Shown: positions 51,372-64,000 of the stretch, piece after piece
Layout: every line of letters starts with the position of its first letter
Position numbering within the stretch: position 1 is the stretch's first letter
Source of the DNA: Paraspadella gotoi
Lineage: Eukaryota > Animalia > Chaetognatha
Direction of reading: 5' to 3'
Assembly: GCA_051294375.1 (NCBI GenBank)
Contig: CM119267.1
Span: 22,507,486-22,571,485 of the forward strand
Length of the DNA stretch: 64,000 bases
Translations under genes and position numbers: made by a program
The notes under the pieces: generated by a model
What the model was told of the DNA's origin: nothing
Database searches by the model: none
What the model saw: only the letters and a program-made list of their open reading frames with translations

Positions 51372-54065
51372 TTAATTAATTAATAACGGAATAATTGTAA
51401 AAGACATTAATGATGAATAATTAATAACGTGACAAGTTTCTTGTAGAGTTGATAATTTTCATTTGACTTTACAAGGCAAGAAGAAATTCTTGATAGAACC
51501 AAAATAACTGAAATCAGCTGAGCTAAATGTAAATCGGATTGCTGTTTTGTTTGTGTAAAACAAAAGGCGAAACATTAACGTTGGTAAGCTGATAAAGTGT
51601 CTCAGGAAATAATATTTCTATCTACCAAAGTGGCGATGATGGCTGAGCCTATAAGTTTGGGCAAGTCGACCAAAGGGTATCGCAAGAAAATTAAACAAGG
51701 AAACATCCACAGATATTTAGAATGTCTTCTCTAGACCACAGCACTTTACTTGTTTTATATACGAGAAAAAATGAATAACATAAACAGAAAATAAAATTTC
51801 ACGAAGACTACAATATGCAAATGAGAATATTCGTCCCACGGAAACGCCTGTTAGTTTTCACAAGCAAAAGCTTAATTTTGAGTTAGCATTCAACTATTTT
51901 TTAGCTTATCCCTCTCCCCCCTTACATCCCAGTTGCTAAGTTAATTCACGCCTTTCGGTTTTTCGGTCAGTTCTCTCTCTCAAGCCCCTCCGACATTTAA
52001 TTCCGACATCTCGACGTTTTTATCAACTTCCACGCAGTAAAAATCCTTTTTCCCTCGCAAAACCCCAGATAATTTTTTTCCCAGTCTTTGACGCCCCTTC
52101 CCTTTTTTCCCCTCTCCCCTTTCCTCCCCCAACTCTCTCTCAGTCCCCCAACTACTTCACGAAATTCTTTTAGAATTAACCCCTTTTCGATTATGTTTCA
52201 GAGATCCCGGGAGATTTCCGGGAGGAGATACCATTAAAAAATCTTGCTACATATAACCCAAAAGGTTCTCCAAGATTCGTACTAGATTAAGTATTAGTGC
52301 ATCATAATACGTAGCAGAAAAAACTAAATATTCTAGGGTTAATTCTTGGATAACCGTTTTTTTATAATAAAAAAATAAATAAAAAAATATGTTTTTATAC
52401 AACAATTTTCAGAAACTAGCCCTTCAGTTTAGAATTAAATAAAACATTTTTTATTGTTGACCGACAACAAATTTGTTTTATTTACAAAGAATAAAAACGT
52501 ACACGTTTCGTCTAATATGTTTGCCTACATCAGCGCAATATAATAAGTTTAAAAAATATTATTGTATGATATTATTAATTCTAAAAATGGAATGCCTGGT
52601 TTAAAAAAAAAATCCAATATTTTTTTTTCCAAAGAGAGAGAAAAAAGTTTTCTCGCTTTCTAAAATCTTGTGTTCCTCTTCGCTCGCAGACGGTTTTTTA
52701 CGTTTCCCTTCTCATTTGGATATTTGTCTCAAGACGCCGCGGGCGCTCTCGTTGTCGTTGTTGTCGTTGTTGTTGTTGTTGCCGAGACGGAAGAATCGAT
52801 ATTCAATATACATCACTTCCATGACAATTAATCTAATATTAGTTTACTTAATAAAGACTTCATACTTTTCTAACCTATCTGTTCAGAATTTTAACAGTTA
52901 AATATTTCGGCCCGACCAGGCCGCGAACTCGGCTTCTCCCGCCCACGATTTCCTCCAACCCAACATTCTTAACTGTCGATCTAGATCCTGGAAAGCTTCC
53001 TCGGCGCATGAGGCATTTTTCAACGAAGCGAACCCCACAATCCGATGGAGGCGGAGGGGTGGCCGTAGTGGGGTAGGGATGAGGGGCTGCGGGGGTGGGG
53101 TAGGGAGGAGGGTAGGGCGAGTCCGTGAGAGGGGTATGGAAGGCTTAGGGTTAGGTCGGAGAGACGAGCAGGGTTTTCGCGGTTCATTCGTTCGTGAAAA
53201 GAAGAAGAAAAGAGTTGAGGCCTAAAATTTTTTTTTTTCGGGTTAATCGAACTCCACCGCGTGGAAAAGTGAATACAGTTTAAACTTAAAAAAAAATATG
53301 TTAGCCTGGTCGGAGTTTTGGAGATAAGTCTTTAAATTTAAAAGCTTCATAGTATTAATTGGTGTAATAATAATAATAATTTCTTAATAATTTACAGTTA
53401 TTTAACAGAAAAGAAGTAACGTTAAAACATAATTGCGAGAAAAATAATCAATTACTTTTTTTTATTGACTTCATAATGAGGCCTCCAAATTTCAGCACTA
53501 CCATCAAGGGTTATTCTTTTGTTTGGAAGAGAAAAGAACCCGGCGAGTAAAATAAGGGTAAGGTTTCGCGAGAAGTTTTTTAAAAAGTTCAACGAGTGGA
53601 AATATCCAGGATCAGAGCGGAAAAAAATTAGAAACAGGTTTAAAAAGGATCGTATGATTGTTAGTTGCTAAACAAATCGTTGTTATGAATTAAATGATTA
53701 ACTTCCCCTTGCCATGGGGGAACATAACAAGAAAGATGGGAGTGGTAAAAAGGGGGTTCCCGGGGGAAAGAGGAAGCCGAAGGCAAAATCCAATAACTGA
53801 ATTCGGGTCCAATTACTGAGGAGTTGGGATTTACTGACTAAAAACCAATTTCGTCAGTCGAGACTGTATAAACTGGCAAAAACCGATTTGGGAAGAGCAA
53901 AATTGGAGGAAGTGAGCAAACTTAAGAGATGCGGTAAGAAGGGATGCCTTTTTTTTTTTAGTTATCCACAATTATTAATAGATAATGTTAAAGTTTCTGC
54001 TAAAATTTCAAGAATTTTCTCATAATTCTAAATTTGCCCTTTAAGCTTACGACCGGGCGCTCGGT

Positions 54066-54304
54066 CGAAGGGAATGAACTGAAAAAGCGCTTCATCGAAA
54101 AAAAATTAACTGAAAAAGCTCTCCATTGGAAAGAATGAACTGAAAATCATCGAATAGAATGAACTGAAAAAGAGCTCCATCGAATAAAATGAACTGAAAA
54201 AGCTCTCCATTGGAAAGAATGAACTGAAAAAGCGCTCCATCGAATAAAATGAACTGAAAAAGCGCTCCATCGAAAAGAATGAACTGAAAAAGCGCTCCGC
54301 CGAA
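54066..54304 (+). repeat. 30-bp minisatellite (~8 copies)
   Basis: Unit CGAATAAAATGAACTGAAAAAGCGCTCCAT, with a variant TGGAAAGAATGAACTG...; reads ALFQFILFDG on the minus strand. Confidence 0.93.
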
Positions 54305-57300
54305 GAATTCGCGAATCGGATAACAATTTTGGCCAAAACCGGAAACCGAGAAAAGCGGAAAGACGCGGCGCGAATTGGAGACGTCAAGAGACGTCAAGAG
54401 ACGCAAATGGAAGAAAAGAGAAAAACCATAACTTGGAAAGTTTTTGTAAACTGCGGAGACAGTCTCGAACGAAGAATGAAGATAGAAGATGTTGGGTTAG
54501 GGTCGTTGTTGAGTTAAGAGTAATTGTCAAAATTTGTTAAAAGTATACATTTTTAAAACAGTTGCCGGAAGAAATTAAAAGCATAAAAAGAATTTGGAGT
54601 AAATTTGGATTATAGAAAAAATGTACAATTAAACAAATTTGTATGAACTATCTATGAAAATGAGCATTTATACGTTCATATGAATTTTAGTTTATAGAAA
54701 CCTCGTTTTATTTAAACCACGGTCACGTGTTTGTTTATTTACTTTTAAAACTTTTCGTTTTCTAGGTTCCCTGTTAACTTGTCTTCTTACAATTTTGAAT
54801 TTTTTTAATGATTTTCTTCTTTTTCTTGTTCCATTTTTCTCTTTTTTCCTTTTTTTTTCTTTTTATCTTTTTTATTCTCTTTTGAACCCCGAAAATTGAA
54901 ACTCGTCGTCGGCCGCCATCTTTCTTTTTTCCCTCTTCCATCATCCGCTATCGACGCGAGATTTTATTAACTATCCCGGTTTAATTAAAAGATAAGTTAA
55001 ATCTCGTTAGGCCCATAAAAAAATGATTAAGGTCGCTCTCTCTGACGTCGTGTCTACCCTAGCGTGACCTTGATTCGTAACCACGCTTCATTAGTAATAG
55101 ATGACTTTTGTTTTAATGTCACATCAGTCAAATTTAAGACCAAAATACTAATCTTAGAATTAAAGAAATAAAGATCGCAATCGAAATAAAATAGGATAAA
55201 GAAAAAACCCATAAAAATTGAATATTTTAAAATCTAATAAAACCTATAAAATAGTGAAATAAGTAATTTTTTTAATTTTCATAATTTTTAATATATTTTC
55301 TTCCATACGTTTGTTAATACCTCTTCTTCTAAAATATCTAAATCCCTTTTTCCCTTTCTTTCGAGCTGCCAATAAAGATTAAAAGCTTGACGTAGACTAA
55401 GAGGTGACAAGGAGAAAATTAAAGTAAGGCCGAGTTTGCAGGATATGGACCCCAGTGGACGGGATTCCATATAAAACGCCGTTCCTCCTTTTTAACCGTT
55501 TTTTTTTTCTCCCCACGCTTACCAAATTTGACATTTGCTATATTTTACACTGGAGATTTCAAAGAAGTAGGGAAGAGAGAACACGAGGGGGGGACAAGGG
55601 GTTTAAGTTGAGAATTGAAGAGGGCGGGTGCAGACGAAAACCTAAAACTGGGATTGACGGATATCCAACTTCGCCCCACTCCCATGAAAAGAGAAAAAAA
55701 ATGGAGAAAATCCCTTTTAAAATTAAAAGATCGGAATTTTCTTGAGGGATTGAAAAAAAAAAGGGAGAGAGAAGAGATGGAGATAAGGAGAAAGGAGAAG
55801 AGAGGAAAGGAGGAGAAAAAAGAAAAGAGGAGAGAAAAATAGAGAGAGAGAACTGTAAAAAGACGGGGAGGAAAAAGAATGGATTTATCGGGAAATATCA
55901 AAGGCAAGGCGGCGAAGGAACAATCGCGAGAGAGAGAAAAAAAAAAAAAAAAAAAAAATCAAAAACAGGAGAGTGAGGGTCGGTCGACGCTCGACAAAGA
56001 CGGCGACGAGGGAAAGAGAGGACCCGCGACGCGTTCTCGACGGGGCGCGCACGCAACATTCCCTGCCGCGCAGTTCCGCTCCGCGCCGCTTCGAATCCCC
56101 GCTCTTCCCCGCCCCGAAATTTATCTTCGTTATCATCGGCGCGGGGAGAACGAGTCTCTCCGGACGATCGGTTCCGGAGAGAGACGAACGGGTTTTGTCT
56201 TCGGCGCGATAGTTTTACGTCGGCGATCAATTACTGCGCTGCAAATTGCAGTGCAATGCAGTGCAATTGCAGTGCAATGGTGGGAAGATTAACGTAAATG
56301 TTTGTGTTTGATTTTGGAATGGAAAAATTGGTATAAAATCTTCTTTTTGTGTTAGTTAGTTAAGGTCTATATATCCTCAAATGTAGTGAACTAGTTTATT
56401 CTATTCACCGCCGACCCTAAAGATCACCCTAATGTTACACACGTCACGGCTCGCGCCCTTCTTACTTTTTTTGTGGCAACGGGGGAAGGATTCGGGGTGG
56501 ATATGGGGTGTGGGGAGGGGCGTGGGTTGGTGAAGCCGAAATGAACCAATTTCCAAATTCATAACGGACTTTTTTCTCTTGACTGCGTTTTGCCTCGCGG
56601 TCGATATTGGCGGGAAGATCCTCCTTTTGAGATCCTTAGCGGGGGATCCAATAAACGAAAAAAACATCAACAAAAACAGAGGAGTAACTAAAAAGCTTTA
56701 AAACGGTTAAAACTTAAATAGAGAAAAATGAGATTGAAATTTTAAAAAAACTTTCACATAAAAAAAACGTGAAATCGGAATAAAGAAACAAAACGGTAAA
56801 AATCCGTTAGGCAAGAAAGTACAAACGATAGCAGCTTAACACTTCAAAACCAAAAAAAAATTTAAAGCTGTTGAGTGAAAATCGGGGAAAATATTTTTTT
56901 TTCAAGATTTTTTTTCATTCGCTTTTTAATATTTTATTCGTTTGAATTTCGTTTGGATTTTTATGAGACAAATAATCCATTTTCTTTACAACGCTTTTTG
57001 GCCCGCAGAGGAAAGAAAATATTTGCATTAGCATTCAATTGTACCTATTATTAAATCCTTATTAATGAATTAATAAATTAATAAATTAATAAAGAAATAA
57101 ATATTAATAAATTAATGAATTAATAATTAAATAATTAATTAAATTAATAAATATTAATAAACTTTGCACCAATTTAATGTATACAATTTTTTTTAAGAAT
57201 TAGCATGTGATACTTTATAATTTAATTCATATTTAATAATTTCAAAACCGAAAATGTTTGGAGACTATCTCTATTAACTGAAATCATAATTTATTGAAAT

Positions 57301-57580
57301 CATCATTAAGTTTAATCAAAATGAAGATTTGTATTGAACCCGTAATTCATTTCCAATGAAATTCGGATTTAATCCTTATTAAAGGTAATCAAGAAGGATT
57401 TCGCCTCCAGTATCCAACCAGGACTCCATTAGCATACATTCCGATTGTTGCTGAATCGAATCGGCGGCCGATCGGCCGGCGACGGCGTCCATCTGCCGGC
57501 CGCTACAACCGGCCGGTATTATCAGCACCAGACCGAAAAAGCTTCGCTAACAACCTTCTGATTGCCTCGTCACTTTCGCC

Positions 57581-57594
57581 GTCTCTATGGTAAC
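57581..57594. promoter_or_regulatory. Candidate RFX X-box
   Basis: GTCTCTATGGTAAC fits RTHNYY-WT-RRNRAC and sits in a short GC-rich island next to AT-rich DNA. No target gene identified. Confidence 0.35.
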
Positions 57595-57773
57595 CGGTTT
57601 CAATGGCTCCCGCTTCCAACCCATTGTCTCGCGCGCGCTCCGTCGCTTGGGTTCTCTTTCTCTCTTTCTGTCTCTGTCTCTCTCTCTATCTCTCTCGGAC
57701 TATGTGTGCGTCTTTCTCCCGGTGGACAATAAAAATCTTCGCCGCACACGCTGGCGCGCGCACATGCTCCTCC

Positions 57774-57806
<33 letters not shown>

Positions 57807-58304
57807 CATTCCCGATTCGCTCTCTCTCTTATTTCTTTTCTGTCCCTTTCAATTTTCCCGCCAGCTGATCCTTTTCGTCCAGTCGCATAAATTAAACCTC
57901 ACCGCAGTGGCCAGTTCTCTTTTTTTTTTTTCAAACTCCGACGTTAAGTAAGTTTAAACTTCTGAAACCACAAAAAAGGAAAAAAAATATTTTTTTTTTT
58001 TAGATTTAAATTTAGATTTAGATTTAAGCGACTTAATAACTTAGCCCTATGGTAGCCTAGTTTCTTGACCTTATTTTCCGAGAACCCCCAATTCAATATT
58101 CAATTTGAAATTAGGTTAATTTTCCTAGTAATTTGTTACGCATCCATCTGAACTCTCTCTTTACAAAATGCAAAGTGCGAGGAATGAAAACAGCAACATC
58201 AACAGTAAACAGTAAACACCTCTGGTCATTTCATCGAAGAGATAAGCCTCGGCAAATTCTGTCTTTCCTCTCTCTCTCTTCTATCTCTTTCTCTCTTCTC
58301 TTCC

Positions 58305-58339
<35 letters not shown>

Positions 58340-58919
58340 CTCCCCCTTGGACAAATAAACGAGTTTTTAATTTGCACAGCGATATTTTCAAGTTTCTTGC
58401 CTTCTGACGCTTTTTGATGAGTTTAGCTCGAGACTTTTTCTTGGTCAGTTTAGCTGAGGACTTTTCCTTTTTGCCACATTATACAAATATCAACTTTAAA
58501 CATAATGCTGTTTAAAAATACCCGAGAATAACTTTTTTCCTACTGTCTGACTAGGTGGTTTAACTGATTCAGTCCGTAGATTTTCAGGAATACAATTTTA
58601 CATTAGAATCACGAAATGCCTGTAAATCCAAGAAATTCAGTAGGAATACGAACGTGTAAAAAAACCTCACGTAAAGTTGAAAACTGCGGATTCAAACCTC
58701 AAAAGCTAAAAAACCCCGATATTTCATTCTCGGATAAAAGACATTGTCAAACGGCCGCGCTCCAATTCTCTCGAATCCTTTTCAACTCTCGGACTCGTGA
58801 TGGCGCCACTGGTCCCGATGAGAAAACGAGAGACTAAAAAACGCCGCCATGAATTTGTGAAAACGCGTCAATATTCATTATTCCGGGGGAAACGGATGGG
58901 GACACTCTCTGTCTCTCTT

Positions 58920-58982
<63 letters not shown>

Positions 58983-59251
58983 CTCTAGCTCTCATTAGCT
59001 CTTTAATTTTTTTCGTTCAAATCTTCAGTTTTTCTATCGCTTTTTCATATCTATCACTGAATTTCTTTGGCTCTTTTTCTTTTTAATCCCATGAGCCTCT
59101 CTTTCTCTCTCTTTCTCTCTTTTTCTCTCCCTCTCTCCCTCTCCCTATGCCAATTCCGAAAATCCGACCATTGATTTATTCTACATTTTTGTCCCACCGA
59201 AGCGACGTAACATCCGTTTCTCTTAAATCTTTCAGTCCCCATCCTCTTTTC

Positions 59252-59334
<83 letters not shown>

Positions 59335-59913
59335 ATTGCAGTCATATCGCGATAATCGAGGGATAAACTCATCTTAAAACCTCAACCCTTTCGCCCTTCA
59401 TTCCCTACCTCCCCCCCAACCCTTTCTCCATATTATCCCTTCCTCCCCACATCTTCAAAAATCATCTACCATTGTCGACGTCGTCATTCTCCCTTCCACA
59501 CACACAATTTTGCCATCACACCTACGTACGTAGTCTCTCGAAAGTCATAACAGTTCAGCGGCCTTATTTTTACAAAACGACCCATTTCGTCTTAAATTCC
59601 GAATCAAATCAGATTAGTTTAAAGGTTAGGGATTACGGAAGGCCTCCGGTTAGTATTTAGGGTTAAAACCACAAATTGAACGACTTTGAAAAATAGAAGC
59701 CAGTCAGCAATTGTTTCCCAAGGGTAATGTGAAGTCTTTTTCCTTTTTCTCAGGTAAATCCCGCTCACAGTGCACCACCTTTCTCCCTCTCTCCCATCCA
59801 CCCCATCCCACCCTCCCCAGTCCTCACCCCCTCGCCACCATCAGTCCATCGTCCATCACCCCCCGCCCGCCAAATCTCGAAACGTTTCGCCTTTGTGCCT
59901 CTTTCTTCTCTCT

Positions 59914-59965
<52 letters not shown>

Positions 59966-62900
59966 CTCCTTTTTTCTTTTCCGTCGCAGCGGAACCGAGT
60001 TACAAGCGAAGGCTCTCATTTCGACTCTGTAGGTCTCTAGCATACTTACAAGGGTACTCTCTCTCTCTCTCCTCTCTCCTCCCTCCCCCGCCCTGTCTCT
60101 CTCTCTATCCACTCCACACGGGTTAGCGGGGTCGCGCGACGCGGCGCTCGACGGGGCGCGTCCAACGGGGCAGCCGGCGCCCGTCACGGAGCACGACGTC
60201 GGCCCCAGGCTGCGGCTTTCGACTCGATGATTCTCTTTAGATTCTTTTTCAAAGTCGACCCGGATTCGATTGGAACTCTTCTGGGACCGGGATGTAATAC
60301 ATATTTAAGCTCTTAAAGATTCCGGATATTATTTGAATAATCGAATATACCAGTCAAGACATCCGGATATTAGTCTTTTTGTAAAATCAGTATATAATTC
60401 AAAACACAATATTAATTTTTATGTCATCCGCGTTTTAAGTTTTTCAAAACCCGGATGTGATAGGAACCGTTTTCTAGAACACGGAAGTGATTGGAACTCT
60501 CTGCGGACCTCGAGTCTCACGGTCCGTGACTTGGACATGTACCACCTTTTGCCCAATGGGACATCGAAAGGGGAGAGAGGGGGGGGCGTGGAAGGGGGGA
60601 TGAGGAGAGAGAAAGGAGGAAGAGGAAGTGGACCAGAGAGAATAAAAAAAAGAAAAAAAATACATAGAAAGAAAAAAAGGTACTAAAGTGAAAGCTAGAA
60701 AAAGAATATAAAAGAAAAGACTAGGAAAAAACCAAAGAAAAAGAGAGAAAAGGGAAAGAAAGAAAAGAGATAAGGGAGAGAGAGAGAGAGAGAGAGANNN
60801 NNNNNNNNNNNNNNNNNNNNNNTGCGGAACAAAAATTTCTAGACGATCTCTTCTACTGCCAGATGGTGCACTATCAAGGGCGGACGTAAGTTCTTCAATG
60901 CGAGACGTGACATGGTGATCTTGATTTCTTGTATTGATTGTTGGTATTGAGAAAGTGTTGTTCATGAGATTTTCCTTTTGTGCATGAGTTTGACAGTTCG
61001 TGATGATTCATCTTCTTCCTTCCATTGTTGTTCTTTTTCTGCCTCGGGATGCGGTTTTAGCTAGACTAAGCATTTATTAATGTCATAATCATTTAATAGC
61101 CATTTTCTCTTATGTTCTTGAATTATTCTACCTTATGTTTTGATATTACTGAAGTTTATGAAATGTCTAGTTTCCAAACATCTATTTAAAGATTAAAATG
61201 ACATCAAATTGTTAACAGGTGAAAGTAATGGGGGTCCTGAGTCTGAATACATTACATTACTGTCCGTCCATGGTTTATTTTTCTCTGATTTCTGATTCCA
61301 GGCAGGCAAGGGTGTCTTTGTCTGTCCTTTTCCATGACTATTTGGGATGCATTGGGCTGGAGGAGTACACGAAATCGAAAGACTTCCTTATCCCATAAGT
61401 TGCTTTGAGCTCAAAATCCGGAGTAACCTTGCTTGTAAACGGATTGCTTTAACAGATAGAGATGTCGATATCATCTGGCTAACGTCGCCTGTATAAAATG
61501 AACTTTCTCATCAATGCTTTTTTATTCTCCTAAGGTGCTGGCTGCTACGAATAAGATGTTAGGATGCATGAACTTGGCATTGGAATTTGGGATAGGCGGG
61601 GTACGAAATTTTTGACTGAGTATTTGGGATACGTAGTCTACCTTTTTGGTACCTGTGAAGCAGAAGTCGTCTTACCACAAATGGTTCTGACTTGTTTGTC
61701 ATGAGTTTTATAGCTAAATTGGATGACACAGACTTTATTCCAACTTCTTATCATCTCGGACTCGGTATCCGTCCACGACGAGAGTTTTGCCTTTTTCTTG
61801 TTCTTTATCCGCTGCCTTTGATTATTTTCATTATCTCATTTGACAGAATTGTCCTTGTTGTCTACAAAAATTACGTTCATCCATGTTTATATTCAACCTG
61901 CATTATTGTCTTCATTAGGCAAATCAGCTCCTTATTTAGGCCGTGTCAATATTTTTTTCTGGCTCTTTATTTTTCGTCTTGTTTTTCTGGGATTAACTTT
62001 CTTCTGGGGTATTTGGGATGGTTTTTGCCCGCGAATGAAATATTTGTGGGTATTGCTTGATTTGGTTCAGGCTTCAACAAAATCCACCAAAGCCAGTCAT
62101 CCGGAGAGGGTGTCTTTGGAGGAGAGGGGGGTGGGCCACTGAGGGAGAAATTTTCTAAGTCAAATGCGGGGTAGACATTGGAGGCTGAGACGAGGAAAAG
62201 TCGAGATTCCGTTCCTTCGTTGTCTTTATTTATTTCACAAACGGGCGGTTTTGCCATTCTGGGGCAGTTTTAATGAGTTTTAATCAAAAAATGAATTTCA
62301 CTGGGAAAAAGGGAAAATGGGAAAGATTATTGGGGTGGTTTGCAAGAAATTTCATATAAAACGGAAGAGACCAATTTATTTGATAGGAAAAGGTAGACCG
62401 ACAAATGAATTATTTGTCTGTAGTGCTTGTTTCAGCCTCGTCAGTTGGCACAAAAGTGGAGCTCATAGATATGAGCGGTGATTGTTGTGCCTATTTTCTC
62501 TTAATAAAGAGAAACCATCATGGGTTTTCCCAGGTTGTGCATATTTCCTGGAACAGGATTTGTAGTGTCATTTTCTTTTTTGTAGGGATTTATTTAAATT
62601 TTTTTTCTAATTCGATCCCATCATTATCAGGATTATTTCGTTCACTTTAATTTCTAATATACCTTTTTTATTTTAGATTTTGATTTCATTAGATTTTTCT
62701 TTCTTTAATGTAAAGGAAATTAATCACTAGTTTTTGTTTACGTTTACGGAAAGTTATTAATTGAGGTTCTCTCGAGGAGGAAGCTGTGATAGGATCTTTT
62801 CCTGGGGAGAGCAGATTATAGAAGCATTAAGGGATTATAATTCACAGCACCAGTTCGTGAAGGGGTGATGGTTTTTCTAGCAACAAAACTATCATCAAGG

Positions 62901-63184
62901 TCCAACAATGTGTTTGCTTGATTATTGTTTTCTCAGTTTGAAAACGGGTTTGTTAACTATATTCAGGATCTTCTTCCAGTGAAGGGATGGTAGAATCAAA
63001 AAAAAAATGAGAACGCCGGCGAGAAGTATATCTTTTTTGTTGGGCTCTTGTGGTCATTTGATGAGTGGGGCTTGTGTTGTTGTTTTAGGATTGGTTTTCA
63101 CTTTTGTGCTTTGGGGTGGTTGGATTTTGCTTTTTGTTAAGATGCCGAGGGTTGAATGTAGACGATTTCTGGGGTACTGAGAAT

Positions 63185-64000
63185 GGTTTTAATTGATTGT
63201 GCGTGTTTGCTGTTAGATTTTGAACCATCAGGTTTTTCGCAAAATGTAATTACTGGAGGTGTTCCGTCTTTGTAGTTTCGCTTACTGATAATTGTAGGAG
63301 GGACCGTTCCAAGTTGGGTTAATTTTTCATGAATGTTAGTGGTTGAAATATGTCCCATACTTTGTCACCTTCTCGGTAGGGGCGATTATTTCATTTGTTT
63401 TTCATATTGGTATTTTTGTTTTTTCTTTGGCTTGTTGTATTTCTTTAGTGATTTCTTTTAGAGTGATGTTGAAATTGTTTATTTATTCACTAATGTATTG
63501 TTTAACTGAGGAGTTTTGGATTTTTGGAAGGGGATGATTTTTGTTGATGGGAATGTTGGCCTCATGACCATGTTTCATTGAAAAAAGGGCGTCTGTTTTA
63601 GGGTGCTATGAGGGGTGGTGTTCATGGCATATTGTAGAAATGGCAATTTGCTTCGGCCACTGTTTGTCTTTGTGCAGAAAGGCGTTTTGGTAGCTCTGAC
63701 AAAATTGAACGATTTATCCTTTCTGTGGTTCCTGGACTGCTGGATGCGTATGAGGTTGAATTTGTGATTTATGAATGTTCATAAATTGCAAAGGACCTGC
63801 GTATTGATTTCGTTTTTCAAATCGCCGGCCGCCGTTAATCTGTGGTGAATGATTTCTGGGGACATGTCTGAGAATAGTATTCTTGAAAGCGGTCTGCTAT
63901 TTCTTCAGCTGTCTTCTTTTTGTTGCATAAAGTTATGTCATTTTGTTAAAAAAAGTCAGTGATCACCAAGATATAATTTGAAGCCTCTAAATTGTGAAAG
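63185..64000 (-). mobile_element. Ty3/Gypsy LTR-retrotransposon integrase (core + GPY/F region), frameshifted, continues beyond window
   Basis: Stitched minus-strand peptide GFK.YILVITDF.LTK..KTAEEIAD..PEIIH.TD..STSY.HPAVQG..ERINRSILSEL..KQW..LPFLQYAMNTTPHSTLKQTPF..HG.EANIP..QQAKEK..PYREGDKVW..WNGP.Y.II..HNQLKPF. This is the canonical rve core plus GPY/F motif. Confidence 0.9.

Noticed and set aside
52880-53040. Possible minus-strand exon (AEEAFQDLDRQLRMLGW...)
   Set aside because: Short, no recognisable family motif, and no supported splice partners.
54150-54250. Stop-codon reassignment suggested by TAA/TAG replacing AAG in the 30-bp repeat
   Set aside because: No evidence this frame is coding, and the FERM and integrase peptides need no recoding.

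Overview
Eukaryotic, almost certainly animal, genomic DNA from an error-rich, gap-filled long-read assembly. It has pervasive homopolymer indels, AG/CT microsatellites, GC/CpG-rich exons in AT-rich spacers, and five gaps of exactly 25 N. About half the window is a 17,846-bp-offset tandem duplication (1685-19505 / 19531-37593). It appears base-identical for ~14.2 kb, then diverges like two alleles or independent read consensuses, and a third partial copy lies at ~480-1658. Each copy carries a minus-strand FARP/Cdep/FRMD7-family FERM+FA gene whose FERM domain has no introns and which shows no RhoGEF/PH module. Each also carries a weak CARD-like coding segment. Further right is a ~9-kb fold-back (42376-51371) whose inner parts are arrays of a 66-bp unit, each unit containing an RFX X-box-consensus motif. 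There is also a ~200-bp interspersed repeat family with a presence/absence polymorphism, 57-bp and 30-bp minisatellites, and a frameshifted Ty3/Gypsy integrase at the right edge. I see no convincing new biological system. The largest structures are probably assembly artefacts. The best biological leads are the 66-bp X-box array, the GEF-less intron-poor FARP-like gene and the polymorphic short insertions.
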